A stretch of DNA of 64,000 nt from IMG/VR virus record IMGVR_UViG_2898571807_000002, positions 36,977 to 100,976 of that record; one strand, written 5' to 3'. The stretch's first letter is position 1. The number at the start of each line of letters is the position of its first letter. This document shows positions 56,055 through 64,000 of the stretch, piece by piece. The notes under the pieces were generated by a model. That model saw only the letters and a list, made by a program, of their open reading frames with translations, made no database searches and had not been told where the DNA came from. The DNA comes from a virus. Lineage: Duplodnaviria > Caudoviricetes. The position numbers were made by a program, and so were the translations under genes.

Positions 56055-56567
56055 TCATGGGGTGGCCTCCGCGGTCGGCAGGCCGCTGATCGACGGCGAC
56101 GGCGAGGGTTCGGTTGAAGGCTCGCTCGACTCGGTCGGCGACGACGACGCGGAGGGCGTCGAGGTCGTGGGCTCCGGGGTCGGTGTCGTCCGCGTCGGAG
56201 ACGGCGTCGCGGATGTCGACGGGGCGCCCACCGGGCGGCGGGTCTCACGCGGGCGGGACCGGTCCGCGCGGGATGGCACCGGGGACGGCAGCGACGGGAC
56301 CGGCTCCGCGGTCGTCGGGTCCGCGGCGCGCGGCGACGGAGACACGGCCACCTGCGGGGCGCCGCCGTCGAAGAGGCCAGGGATCATCTGCCCGACCGCG
56401 AGCCCCGCCGCGGCGGTAGGAGCGCCGAGCAGAACCACCAGCGCCGCCTGAGGGACAGAGCGACGGCGGGCGCGGTGACGGCCCGTCGGGCCAGGCAGGC
56501 CCAGCGGCGGGGTGTCGTCGGGGCGCAGGCCCGGGATGATGTCCGTCCGGTCCGTCTCGGCGCTCAC
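56055..56567 (-). CDS. Membrane-anchored Pro/Ser/Thr-rich protein
   Basis: One TM segment followed by a low-complexity P/S/T tail. Confidence 0.55.
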   Translation of the reverse strand: MSAETDRTDIIPGLRPDDTPPLGLPGPTGRHRARRRSVPQAALVVLLGAPTAAAGLAVGQMIPGLFDGGAPQVAVSPSPRAADPTTAEPVPSLPSPVPSRADRSRPRETRRPVGAPSTSATPSPTRTTPTPEPTTSTPSASSSPTESSEPSTEPSPSPSISGLPTAEATP

Positions 56568-56905
56568 GTTGCCTCACCGCTCTCGCCGATCGGACGGAGC
56601 TGCGCGGTCGGCGCGGATGGGTCGCCCGCGCGCAGACGTTCGATCTCCCGCCGCTCAGCGGCCAGGTCGTAGTCCCGCTGGCGGAGCTGCTCCCGCAGCC
56701 GGGCCTCACGTGCCCGGTCGTGCAGGACGATGAACGCCATCGCGCCCAGTGCCATAGCGGTGAACCCGGCGGTGAGATGGCCAACGATCACCGCGACCAC
56801 GAGGACGGTCACGGCGTAGGCGATCACCGCGGCGACCGCAGCCCACTGGTGCCGCTCGGCTGCGTCCAGTGCCTTGTTAACGCGGGTCGGGATGCGGATG
56901 CTCAC
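56564..56905 (-). CDS. Two-TM membrane protein with coiled-coil tail
   Basis: Hydrophobic segments; coupled. Confidence 0.55.
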   Translation of the reverse strand: MSIRIPTRVNKALDAAERHQWAAVAAVIAYAVTVLVVAVIVGHLTAGFTAMALGAMAFIVLHDRAREARLREQLRQRDYDLAAERREIERLRAGDPSAPTAQLRPIGESGEAT

Positions 56906-57874
56906 GCCGACACCACCTCGGCCAGCACCTTGTCCGGGATCGCCTGCGTCGACAGAGTGTCGTCGCCCACCGTGGGATCGGCTGCGGCCTCCTCGAACAC
57001 GGGCAGCGGCATCGTGTCGTCGAGTAGCAGCACCGCGGTGATGGTGAATGCGACGCTCGCGAACGCACCCGTCGTGGACACGGTCACGTGCGCGCCCTCG
57101 GCGACCTCGTCCACCGGGGCGGCGAGTACTCCGGCATACGCGGTGACGATGTCCCGTTGCCCGGCCTCGTCTGCGTCGAGCGCGTTCACCTCGCCTGCCA
57201 CGGCGTTGACACCGAACCGCCAATGGAGCTTGGCGCCGGGCAGGTGCGGATGCTGGCCGTGCAGGGCGCGCACCGCCTGCTCCGGCGTCGACGGCTGCTC
57301 GACCGGCGCGGCCGTTGGCGGAACCGGGGCGGCGGCGAGAGCGGGCACGGGGTCCGGGGACGTCCGCTGCGGGGCGAGCCGCACCTCAGCGAACGGATCC
57401 CGTCGCTCGAACCTGGCTTGCGCCCGCTCGACCAGCCGTCGCCACGACCGTCCGACCGGCGACCAGGCGGCCCGCGCACTCCGCCACACCAGCCGGGACG
57501 GGACGATGACGAGCGTCAGCCGCACCCGGCGGCGCCGCTGAACCCGGTGTCGGCCGCTCACTGGAGCACCTGCCCGACCTCGACCCGCGGCCACACATCC
57601 GGGTCTAGGAACGTGAACTCGCCGCCGCCGTCACCGTCGCGGAACTCGACGACCAGGCGGCCGTCCTCATCGGTCCGGCGGGCGGTAACCTTCCACGCCA
57701 CCTCTGAACCGTCGACGGGATGACGGACGATCTTGTCGCCGATCGCGACGGTGATCTGCGGGACGTCCACCGTCAGCGGCAGGTCCGTTTCGACGAGGCC
57801 GTTCAGCACGGTGCTCTCCTCTGCATCGATGGCGGGAGGCGCGGCAGGGACAGGGAGCGAAGGTTCGAGAGCGG

Positions 57875-58366
57875 TCACGCGGCAGCCCTCCCGACCGGCT
57901 CGATGGAGCCGTCGTGGCCGAGCAACACAGGCCCGTACCGCCAGTGCAGGACCGGGGTGTTCGCCGGGTCCTGGCCGGTCTTCAGGCGGTAGCCCGCCAC
58001 GTGGTCGGCGGAGTGTCGTCCCTCGACACGGCCGTGGCATTCGGTCGTGGCCGAGCCCAGCAGCGTGACGAGGTTCGCCGGAGAGTTGATCAGCGGGTCA
58101 GACGTGCCTCCGAGGCGTCGCGCAAGGCGATGCTGCAGGCTGTACTGCTGGCCGATGATCGTCGCGCCGCAGCAGAAGCAGGCCCAGTCGTCGCGTTCGA
58201 GGACGAGCTCACGTGTGGTGCGGTCCGGTCCCGTGTCCCGCGGCCGGGTCGGCTTCCCGGTCGCGGCGGCGCGCTTGGCGGACACCTCACGCAGCGGCAC
58301 CCGGCGGGCGAGAGGGGTCCTCGCGGTGAGCGGGGTGCGGCGCTGCAGCCGCCCGGCCCGCTTCAC
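57875..58366 (-). CDS. HNH-like endonuclease
   Basis: VLERDDWACFCCG...QHRLARRLGG...NLVTL...CHGRVE. Confidence 0.75.
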   Translation of the reverse strand: MKRAGRLQRRTPLTARTPLARRVPLREVSAKRAAATGKPTRPRDTGPDRTTRELVLERDDWACFCCGATIIGQQYSLQHRLARRLGGTSDPLINSPANLVTLLGSATTECHGRVEGRHSADHVAGYRLKTGQDPANTPVLHWRYGPVLLGHDGSIEPVGRAAA

Positions 58367-58544
58367 GACGCTTCCTCTCGGCGGGCCCGCTCGATCTGCG
58401 TCTCGTGGTTCGGGCACGAGTCCCCGCAGATCCGGCACGGGTCACCCGGCTTTTCGTCGGCGTAGCGGAGGTGCCGGCAGTCCGGGCAGCGGAGCGGCGC
58501 GTACGGGTCCGACGGGGAGGAGTACGCCGCGGCGTGGGTGCGGG

Positions 58545-59051
58545 TCATGACTCACCCGCCACGGGCCGGACCGGGAGGAGTTGCCGCCAGTCCACGCCAT
58601 CGACCGTTGGGAGGTCCTCCGCGTCGATGACGGTCAGGAGATCCTCGGCGCCGTCCTCTGGGTAGAACCGCTGCTGCGGTGTCGACGTCTCGAACCGGAT
58701 CCCGGGAACGACCTCGCCGTTCTCATCGACCGCGCAGCCGCGGGCCTGCATCTCGCCGAGCAGCTTCCGTTCGAACGCCGGCCGGACCTGCTCGACCTGT
58801 TCCACCTCCGTCGACCACAGCGCGGCGACGTGCTTGGTGAATGCGTCCCGGTCCGCAACGACGGGCTTCTCGACGGGCTCGGTCTTGGCGACCTTCCCAA
58901 GGCGTGCCTCACCGAGCCGGGCGGTGTTCTTGTCGCCGGGCTCCTGGTCGATGAACGGCTCGAACCTCTTCAGCGCGGCGGCGAGGCGGCGCTGCTGCAG
59001 CTTCAGCAGCGCGAACGCCAGCCGGGCTTCACGCGGCGACAGGGCGGTCAT
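58545..59051 (-). CDS. Hypothetical recombination-module protein
   Basis: VRPAFERKLL...VDENGEVVPGI; near the annealing protein. Confidence 0.6.
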   Translation of the reverse strand: MTALSPREARLAFALLKLQQRRLAAALKRFEPFIDQEPGDKNTARLGEARLGKVAKTEPVEKPVVADRDAFTKHVAALWSTEVEQVEQVRPAFERKLLGEMQARGCAVDENGEVVPGIRFETSTPQQRFYPEDGAEDLLTVIDAEDLPTVDGVDWRQLLPVRPVAGES

Positions 59052-59395
59052 GGTGTGATTCCCGATCCGGCGAGGGACGCCTCCGCGCGGGCCGTGGACG
59101 CCAACGTCCGACCCACGTCAATACGGGCGTGCAGCGCCTTGATGTGCTCTTTCTGGATGTGGACCGCGGACGCGGCCAGCGACCACTGCCGCCACTCGGA
59201 GTCGCATTCGGCGACGGCCTGCTGCTTGCGGTCCTCCACCGACCCGGAACTATCGCGAAAGATCCGGGAGAACTTGGTCTTGTAGGTAGCCTCGGCGTCG
59301 ACCGCGGTCGCTTCGAGTTCACCGAGACGGCGGACCGCGGCGTCCAGGTCGACACCGAGTTGGCCGAGCTGCTGGGCGATGACGGCAGGAAGCAT
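59048..59395 (-). CDS. Helical coiled-coil protein next to the annealing protein (possible recombination mediator)
   Basis: GSVEDRKQQA...IKALHARIDVGRTLAS. Confidence 0.55.
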   Translation of the reverse strand: MLPAVIAQQLGQLGVDLDAAVRRLGELEATAVDAEATYKTKFSRIFRDSSGSVEDRKQQAVAECDSEWRQWSLAASAVHIQKEHIKALHARIDVGRTLASTARAEASLAGSGITP

Positions 59396-60168
59396 CAGGC
59401 AGCCACCCCCGACAGTTCCGCGTGCCGCTGGGCCCCGACCGTGTACAGATGGTCGTACTGGGCTTGGCTGCACTGGCCAGTGGCTTTCTTCTCCTCGACC
59501 TCATTGGCGAGGGTCTCCAGTACGTCGAGGTCCCCGGCCCTCTTGATCCGGCCTTCGACATCGGTGAACCAGTCGGCGGCGCCATCACCGGGCGCCCCGC
59601 CGTCCAGGTCGCGGTCGATCTCGTCGTTGCCGAGCGACACCTGCTGCGGGACGCCGTCCTGGACGTCGGCTGCGGCGGGCTCTCCCTCCGGCACGACGAG
59701 AGTCCCCCTCACCAGAGCCTCGAGCTGACCTTTGTTGTAGAGCGAGAGGCCGAACTGGTCCCCGAGGTTGATCGCGGCGCGCTTCTTCGACAGCGACAGC
59801 GCGGACTTGTAGGCCAGGTCGTGTGCGTCCCCGCGGGTCTGGTTCTGCGCGGTCGCGGTCGACCCGTCCTCGAAGTGGCAGATCTCCTTGCCGTCCTGGT
59901 CCTTGATCGTCAACCGGATGAGGGCGCGGTAGCAGCAGTCCCACCGGCCGCTCGGCTCTCCCGTGTTGCGGTTGATGCGTTCCTGCTCGAACACGCACTC
60001 CACGGAGACGACGTCGGTGTCGAACGACCCGAACCCGAACATGCGGATCAGGTGGGCGGTGACGTCTTGCTGGGAGACGTGGGAGTGGCCTTTGCCGTCC
60101 CGGAGGACGCGGTTGCGGTTGATCGGGCGGAGGAGTTGCTCGACCTGCTGCCGGGAGAACGCGGTCAT
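59395..60168 (-). CDS. Rad52/Rad22-family single-strand annealing protein (Sak-like)
   Basis: SHVSQQDVTAHLIRMFGFG...AYKSALSLSKKRAAINLGDQFGLSLY. Confidence 0.85.
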   Translation of the reverse strand: MTAFSRQQVEQLLRPINRNRVLRDGKGHSHVSQQDVTAHLIRMFGFGSFDTDVVSVECVFEQERINRNTGEPSGRWDCCYRALIRLTIKDQDGKEICHFEDGSTATAQNQTRGDAHDLAYKSALSLSKKRAAINLGDQFGLSLYNKGQLEALVRGTLVVPEGEPAAADVQDGVPQQVSLGNDEIDRDLDGGAPGDGAADWFTDVEGRIKRAGDLDVLETLANEVEEKKATGQCSQAQYDHLYTVGAQRHAELSGVAA

Positions 60169-60692
60169 CGGGTGCCTCCTTGGAGTGCCTCGGCGACCTG
60201 GGGAAGGTGGTCGGGCGAAGAGGTGTCAGGGATGCTCGCGGTGGTGTCTGCGGGGGTGGTGTGGTCAGGGCCGTCCGGCCCTGGGACCGAGTCACCGTCA
60301 GGAGCGGAGTCCGGGTGTTCCGGGTCGTTCCACTCCGCGGCCGAGTCGACCGGGCACGGGTCGGTCCATGTGACGGTCAGGGCGCCACGGTGGCGGGGCG
60401 GGACCGGCCGTGCAGGCGCCTGCCGGTCCGCCATGGCCAGCGCCTCCCCCAGCACCGTGGCTACGCCGACGGCCCCGGCGGCGATGAGGAGTCCCGTGAT
60501 CATCGGGCCACCGCCTCAGCGGCACGCCAGCCGCGCCCCTCATCCACGACCAGCCGGGCGTCCTGGTTGCCGCAGAACGCCAGGGCGCGCAGCCACCAGC
60601 GCGCGTCCACCTCATCCGAGCGGACGTCCACGTGATCCGGGGACGGAGAACCCCCGAACTCCACACCCCACACCGGGGCAGACAGGACGGCC

Positions 60693-61757
60693 TCAGACAT
60701 CGCGGGTCGCCTCCTCACCGTCACCGGCGGTGGCGAGGACCTTGCGAAGGTCCTGGACCGCTGCGCAGAGCTGGCAAGTGACCATGTCCTCGAACGGCGC
60801 ATCTGGGCCCTTGCAGGCCCAGAACACGCAGGGCTGCTGCTCCAGCACCTCGATGGCGTCGCGAAGGGTCTTGATCGCTTCGGCCTTGAGCCCGGCGCGC
60901 TCGTTGGGCGCCTCTTCCTCGCCCCCGAGGGCGCGAAGCCTTCTGGCGACCCGCCGCATGGCGGCGTCCCAGCCGCGGTCCCAGCGGTCTTCCGGGGCGC
61001 AGTCGGGGCCCGGATCCAACTCCGAAGCGAAAGTGCGCACCTGTTGCGTGATGCGGTCCGCTTCGGCGCGTGCAGCGTCGCGGTCGACCCGCGCCTGCTC
61101 CGCGGCATGCTGGAGGCGTTGCATCGCGGCGATCAACTCGCCGTGCCGCGCCTGCTCCTCCACGAGGTCGGCGCGCGCCTTGTCCCGCTCGGTCTCGGCC
61201 CGCCGCGCCCGCTTGTCCGCCTCGGCCTTCTCACCGGCCAGCCACTCGCGGAACCGCTCGCAGTCGTCGAGGTCACACCGCTTGGCCAGCTCGGCGCGGA
61301 GCCGCTTGGCGTCCTGCTCCCATCCGTCTTCCAGCTCCTGGATGCGGGCCTCGGCCTCGGCGAGCTTCCCGGCGGTGGCGACCGCCTCCAGCCGAAACGT
61401 GTCCCGCTGGGCCTTGAGGGCGGCGAGCGCGGGCAGGAACTCGGCCTCGCCTCGCGGCTGGGCGTGACCGCACTCGTCGCAGCGCGCGTCTTGGTTGCCG
61501 GGCTCGTCGTCGTGATGCCAGAGGCCGCAGTTGGCGCACTTGAACGCGACGCCCGTGGCGTCGGTCAACTCGGCGCGGAGACGCGCCACCACGGCCAGCA
61601 GCGTGGGCACGTCCTCCGGACCCGGCGGGCCCCACTCACAGGAGTGGTCGCCCTTCTGCTGGACGTCACGGTGCACACCGGTGTGGCGCGGGCTGCGGTC
61701 ACAGTCGTGGTCGTGGATCAGGCACGGCATCCCACACCGCTGGCGCTCGTCGGTCAT
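60693..61757 (-). CDS. Coiled-coil/Zn-binding hypothetical protein
   Basis: DVPTLLAVVARLRAE (Ead-like), CxxC motifs. Confidence 0.55.
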   Translation of the reverse strand: MTDERQRCGMPCLIHDHDCDRSPRHTGVHRDVQQKGDHSCEWGPPGPEDVPTLLAVVARLRAELTDATGVAFKCANCGLWHHDDEPGNQDARCDECGHAQPRGEAEFLPALAALKAQRDTFRLEAVATAGKLAEAEARIQELEDGWEQDAKRLRAELAKRCDLDDCERFREWLAGEKAEADKRARRAETERDKARADLVEEQARHGELIAAMQRLQHAAEQARVDRDAARAEADRITQQVRTFASELDPGPDCAPEDRWDRGWDAAMRRVARRLRALGGEEEAPNERAGLKAEAIKTLRDAIEVLEQQPCVFWACKGPDAPFEDMVTCQLCAAVQDLRKVLATAGDGEEATRDV

Positions 61758-62070
61758 TGCGTGAACACCTCCGCTCCCTTCTCGGAAGCGGTGGCGCACG
61801 GCCAGCCGGACACGATGCCCTCGTCCCAGCACACGGCGCAGTACCACAGGTTCGGGCTGCCGAGGTCGTCGAACCGGGGCAGGTGGAAGCGGGCGGGCAG
61901 CTTGGCCCTCTCCTCCAGCGTCAAGGCGCTGAGGTCCTCGTAGTCGGGCATGTCCGGGGGCTCGATGAGGTGGGCGCGGGCAGCGCACTCCTCGTGCTCG
62001 ACAGGCTTGCCGTCGGCGGTCAGCGCTCGGCAGGTCCCGCAGGCGTTCTGGTCGGCGTGCTTGGAGGCGG

Positions 62071-62640
62071 TCACGACCGGCCCCCGTTGATCGCGGGAAG
62101 CACTGTGGTCTGGAACCATGCGGTGGCCTCGAAGCCACCCGTGCACAGGTCGATCAGCCGTTCGTAGCCGGAGTGGATCTCGCCGGTGAACTCGTTCTGC
62201 CAGAGCCAACGCACGCCGCGCTCGTCCAGCCATCGCCCGAGGTCGGCGACGATAGAGGCGTGCAGGTCACCGCAGCCCCGGCCCTGCTCGTCGCGGTAGC
62301 CGTACGTGGTGTCAAAGGACACCTCCAGCCAGCACGCCGGGTTGCTGTGCTCGTCGCCGCAGCCGGGGTCGCAGTACCACTCGCAGCCGTTGTCGGCCGC
62401 GCGGAGCGGCATGTCCGGCCGGTAGTAGACGTCCAAGAGGGCGCACAGCCCTTGGTTGATGTCATTGCCGATGTGCCAGGCGTTGCCAGGCTCGGGCTTG
62501 CAGACGCCCCTCCGCCACGTCCTGAGCTGCTCATCGTGGGACAGTGTGGCCTCGGTTGCGCCGAGGATCTGGTTGCACTTCACGAACACGTCGCGGTGCG
62601 GGATTCGGTCGAGGACGTAGACCGTGGTGTCGAGGGTCAT
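62071..62640 (-). CDS. Hypothetical protein
   Basis: GAGGTG RBS; normal composition. Confidence 0.6.
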   Translation of the reverse strand: MTLDTTVYVLDRIPHRDVFVKCNQILGATEATLSHDEQLRTWRRGVCKPEPGNAWHIGNDINQGLCALLDVYYRPDMPLRAADNGCEWYCDPGCGDEHSNPACWLEVSFDTTYGYRDEQGRGCGDLHASIVADLGRWLDERGVRWLWQNEFTGEIHSGYERLIDLCTGGFEATAWFQTTVLPAINGGRS

Positions 62641-62963
62641 GACGCGCACCTCGTGGGCGTCGTCCCGTTAGGCTCTGTCATTGCTGGCCGACTCCTTGAT
62701 TTCGAGTTGGGGTTTGTCGGTTGGCGGTGAGTCCCGGTCGGGCGGAATCCGGCCGGGGCTCGTTGTTCATGCGGCTCCGCGTTCCTCACGTCGAGCCGAA
62801 GGGGCAAGGCATCCGCCCATGGACTGCCGGATCTGCTGGTACACGTCGTCGCCCGGGCCGAGCGTCGGAGCGGACTCGGCGGCGCGCTCGGCGGCCTCCC
62901 AGATCGCGACCTCCCCAGCGGGCATGCCGGGCGTCCACCAAGGCCGCGACTCGCGCGGCGCGG

Positions 62964-63656
62964 TCATGTCGCCTCCAGCTCAAGCTGAGCCGCAGCGGCA
63001 TCGACCTCAGACATCCCGATCTGCAGAAACCCGCGAGCTTCGAGACGGGTGATCGTGTCGTAGACCTTCGCCGCCAGGAACGCGACGGCAGTGGGGTTGA
63101 TCAGCCACGCGGTCCCGGAGAACCAGAACAGGTGCGCGAAGTCCTTACGCGGCGACCCGTTCTGCTTCAACACACCAGCCGAGCGGAGCGCCCGCGTCAG
63201 GGAGGTGACGGACAGGCTGATGAAATGCCGCTGGCTCAGAACCGTCGCAAGTTCTTCCCAGGTGAACGTCAGCGGTTCCTGCTTCGCCATAGCGCGCGGG
63301 TTGGTCGCCCGTCCCGCAGTCCAGTACTCGTGGATCGCATCTGCGACCTCGGCCTGGTAGGCGATGAGCTTGGGCCGGATCCGCTCGGAGACCTTGGCTT
63401 CGTCGATCGTGGCGAGCAGCATCAAGAACGTCCGCACAGTGCAGGTCAACATTTCCCTGCGTTGTGCCTGTTCAGAGACCTGCACCCCACTCAAGTGGGT
63501 CACAGCCCACGAGCGGCGGCGAAGCTTCTCGACCTGGCGCCAGTAGTCGACTCCCAAGGCATCGAGCGCTGTGCGGAGCACGATCTCCGGCTGACCCTGC
63601 ACGTCGACGAGTAGGAGACGGTCGCCGTAGAAGTCGAAGCTCTGCGCCCGGGTCAT
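62964..63656 (-). CDS. Phage antirepressor (P22 Ant N-terminal-like)
   Basis: FDFYGDRL...ALGVDYWRQVEKL...MLLATIDEAKV...LIAYQAEVADAIHEYW. Confidence 0.8.
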   Translation of the reverse strand: MTRAQSFDFYGDRLLLVDVQGQPEIVLRTALDALGVDYWRQVEKLRRRSWAVTHLSGVQVSEQAQRREMLTCTVRTFLMLLATIDEAKVSERIRPKLIAYQAEVADAIHEYWTAGRATNPRAMAKQEPLTFTWEELATVLSQRHFISLSVTSLTRALRSAGVLKQNGSPRKDFAHLFWFSGTAWLINPTAVAFLAAKVYDTITRLEARGFLQIGMSEVDAAAAQLELEAT

Positions 63657-64000
63657 GACGCCTGCCGGGTGAGGAGCGGCCCGGGGGTGTGCTCCGGGCA
63701 GTTGAGGCAGAGCGGCACGGTGGTGCCGTCCTCGGTGACGATCTCGAACAGGTCGGAGAGGTTGAGTTCGTCGCCCTTCAGTTCAACAACGTTGCGCGCG
63801 GCGAGGATCAGCCGGGCGGTGAACAGCGGCCCGGGATGGGACGCCCAGTTCTGCATGCGGCTGTAGGTGGAGGCGTCGACGCCGATGTAGCCGGCGACCT
63901 CGCCGTCGGTCCGGGCCTCGAAGATCTCGCGGAGGATGTCGTTGGCTCCGTGGCGGAGCCGAACGGTCGGCGCATTGATGCGTCGGGTGTGGGCTGACAC
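63653..64000 (-). CDS. Cro-like HTH protein
   Basis: EVAGYIGVDASTYSRM...PGPLFTARL...DLFEIV. Confidence 0.65.
   Translation of the reverse strand: MSAHTRRINAPTVRLRHGANDILREIFEARTDGEVAGYIGVDASTYSRMQNWASHPGPLFTARLILAARNVVELKGDELNLSDLFEIVTEDGTTVPLCLNCPEHTPGPLLTRQAS

Larger units (their letters stand above)
1..64000. mobile_element. Actinobacterial siphovirus / prophage (partial; integrase, repressor and endolysin lie outside the window)
   Basis: Canonical order of terminase, portal, MuF, scaffold, capsid, head-tail, tail tube, chaperones, tape measure, Dit and Tal, plus phage early genes (WhiB, Rad52-like, antirepressor). Confidence 0.97.

Overview
High-GC actinobacterial siphovirus or prophage (Streptomyces/Actinomadura-like gene content), with almost all genes on the minus strand. 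From right to left it has: a Cro/antirepressor region; recombination genes (Rad52-like annealing protein, RusA-like resolvase, HNH); WhiB; a replication initiator and DnaB-type helicase; a DNA adenine methylase and many small early genes; late regulators; a glycosylation cluster beside Ala/Thr/Pro-rich virion proteins; HNH and terminase, portal, head and tail genes; and the start of a lysis module. The main finding is a cassette at 48290-51070. It holds a 192-aa stand-alone RAMP/Cas7-like gene, followed by a ~1 kb non-coding array of nine tracts of GGY-NN pentamers. The tracts are separated by hairpins, five of them tRNA-like (acceptor stem plus T-arm). Two more orphan tracts, a winged-helix accessory gene and a divergent HTH regulator complete it. 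This is a candidate non-CRISPR RNA-guided system whose guide information would lie in the variable NN dinucleotides. The second finding is a 360-aa intein in the MuF-like head protein, with a HTH plus DUF559/Vsr-like endonuclease gene encoded entirely on its antisense strand. All family assignments come from motif recognition by eye; no searches were run.
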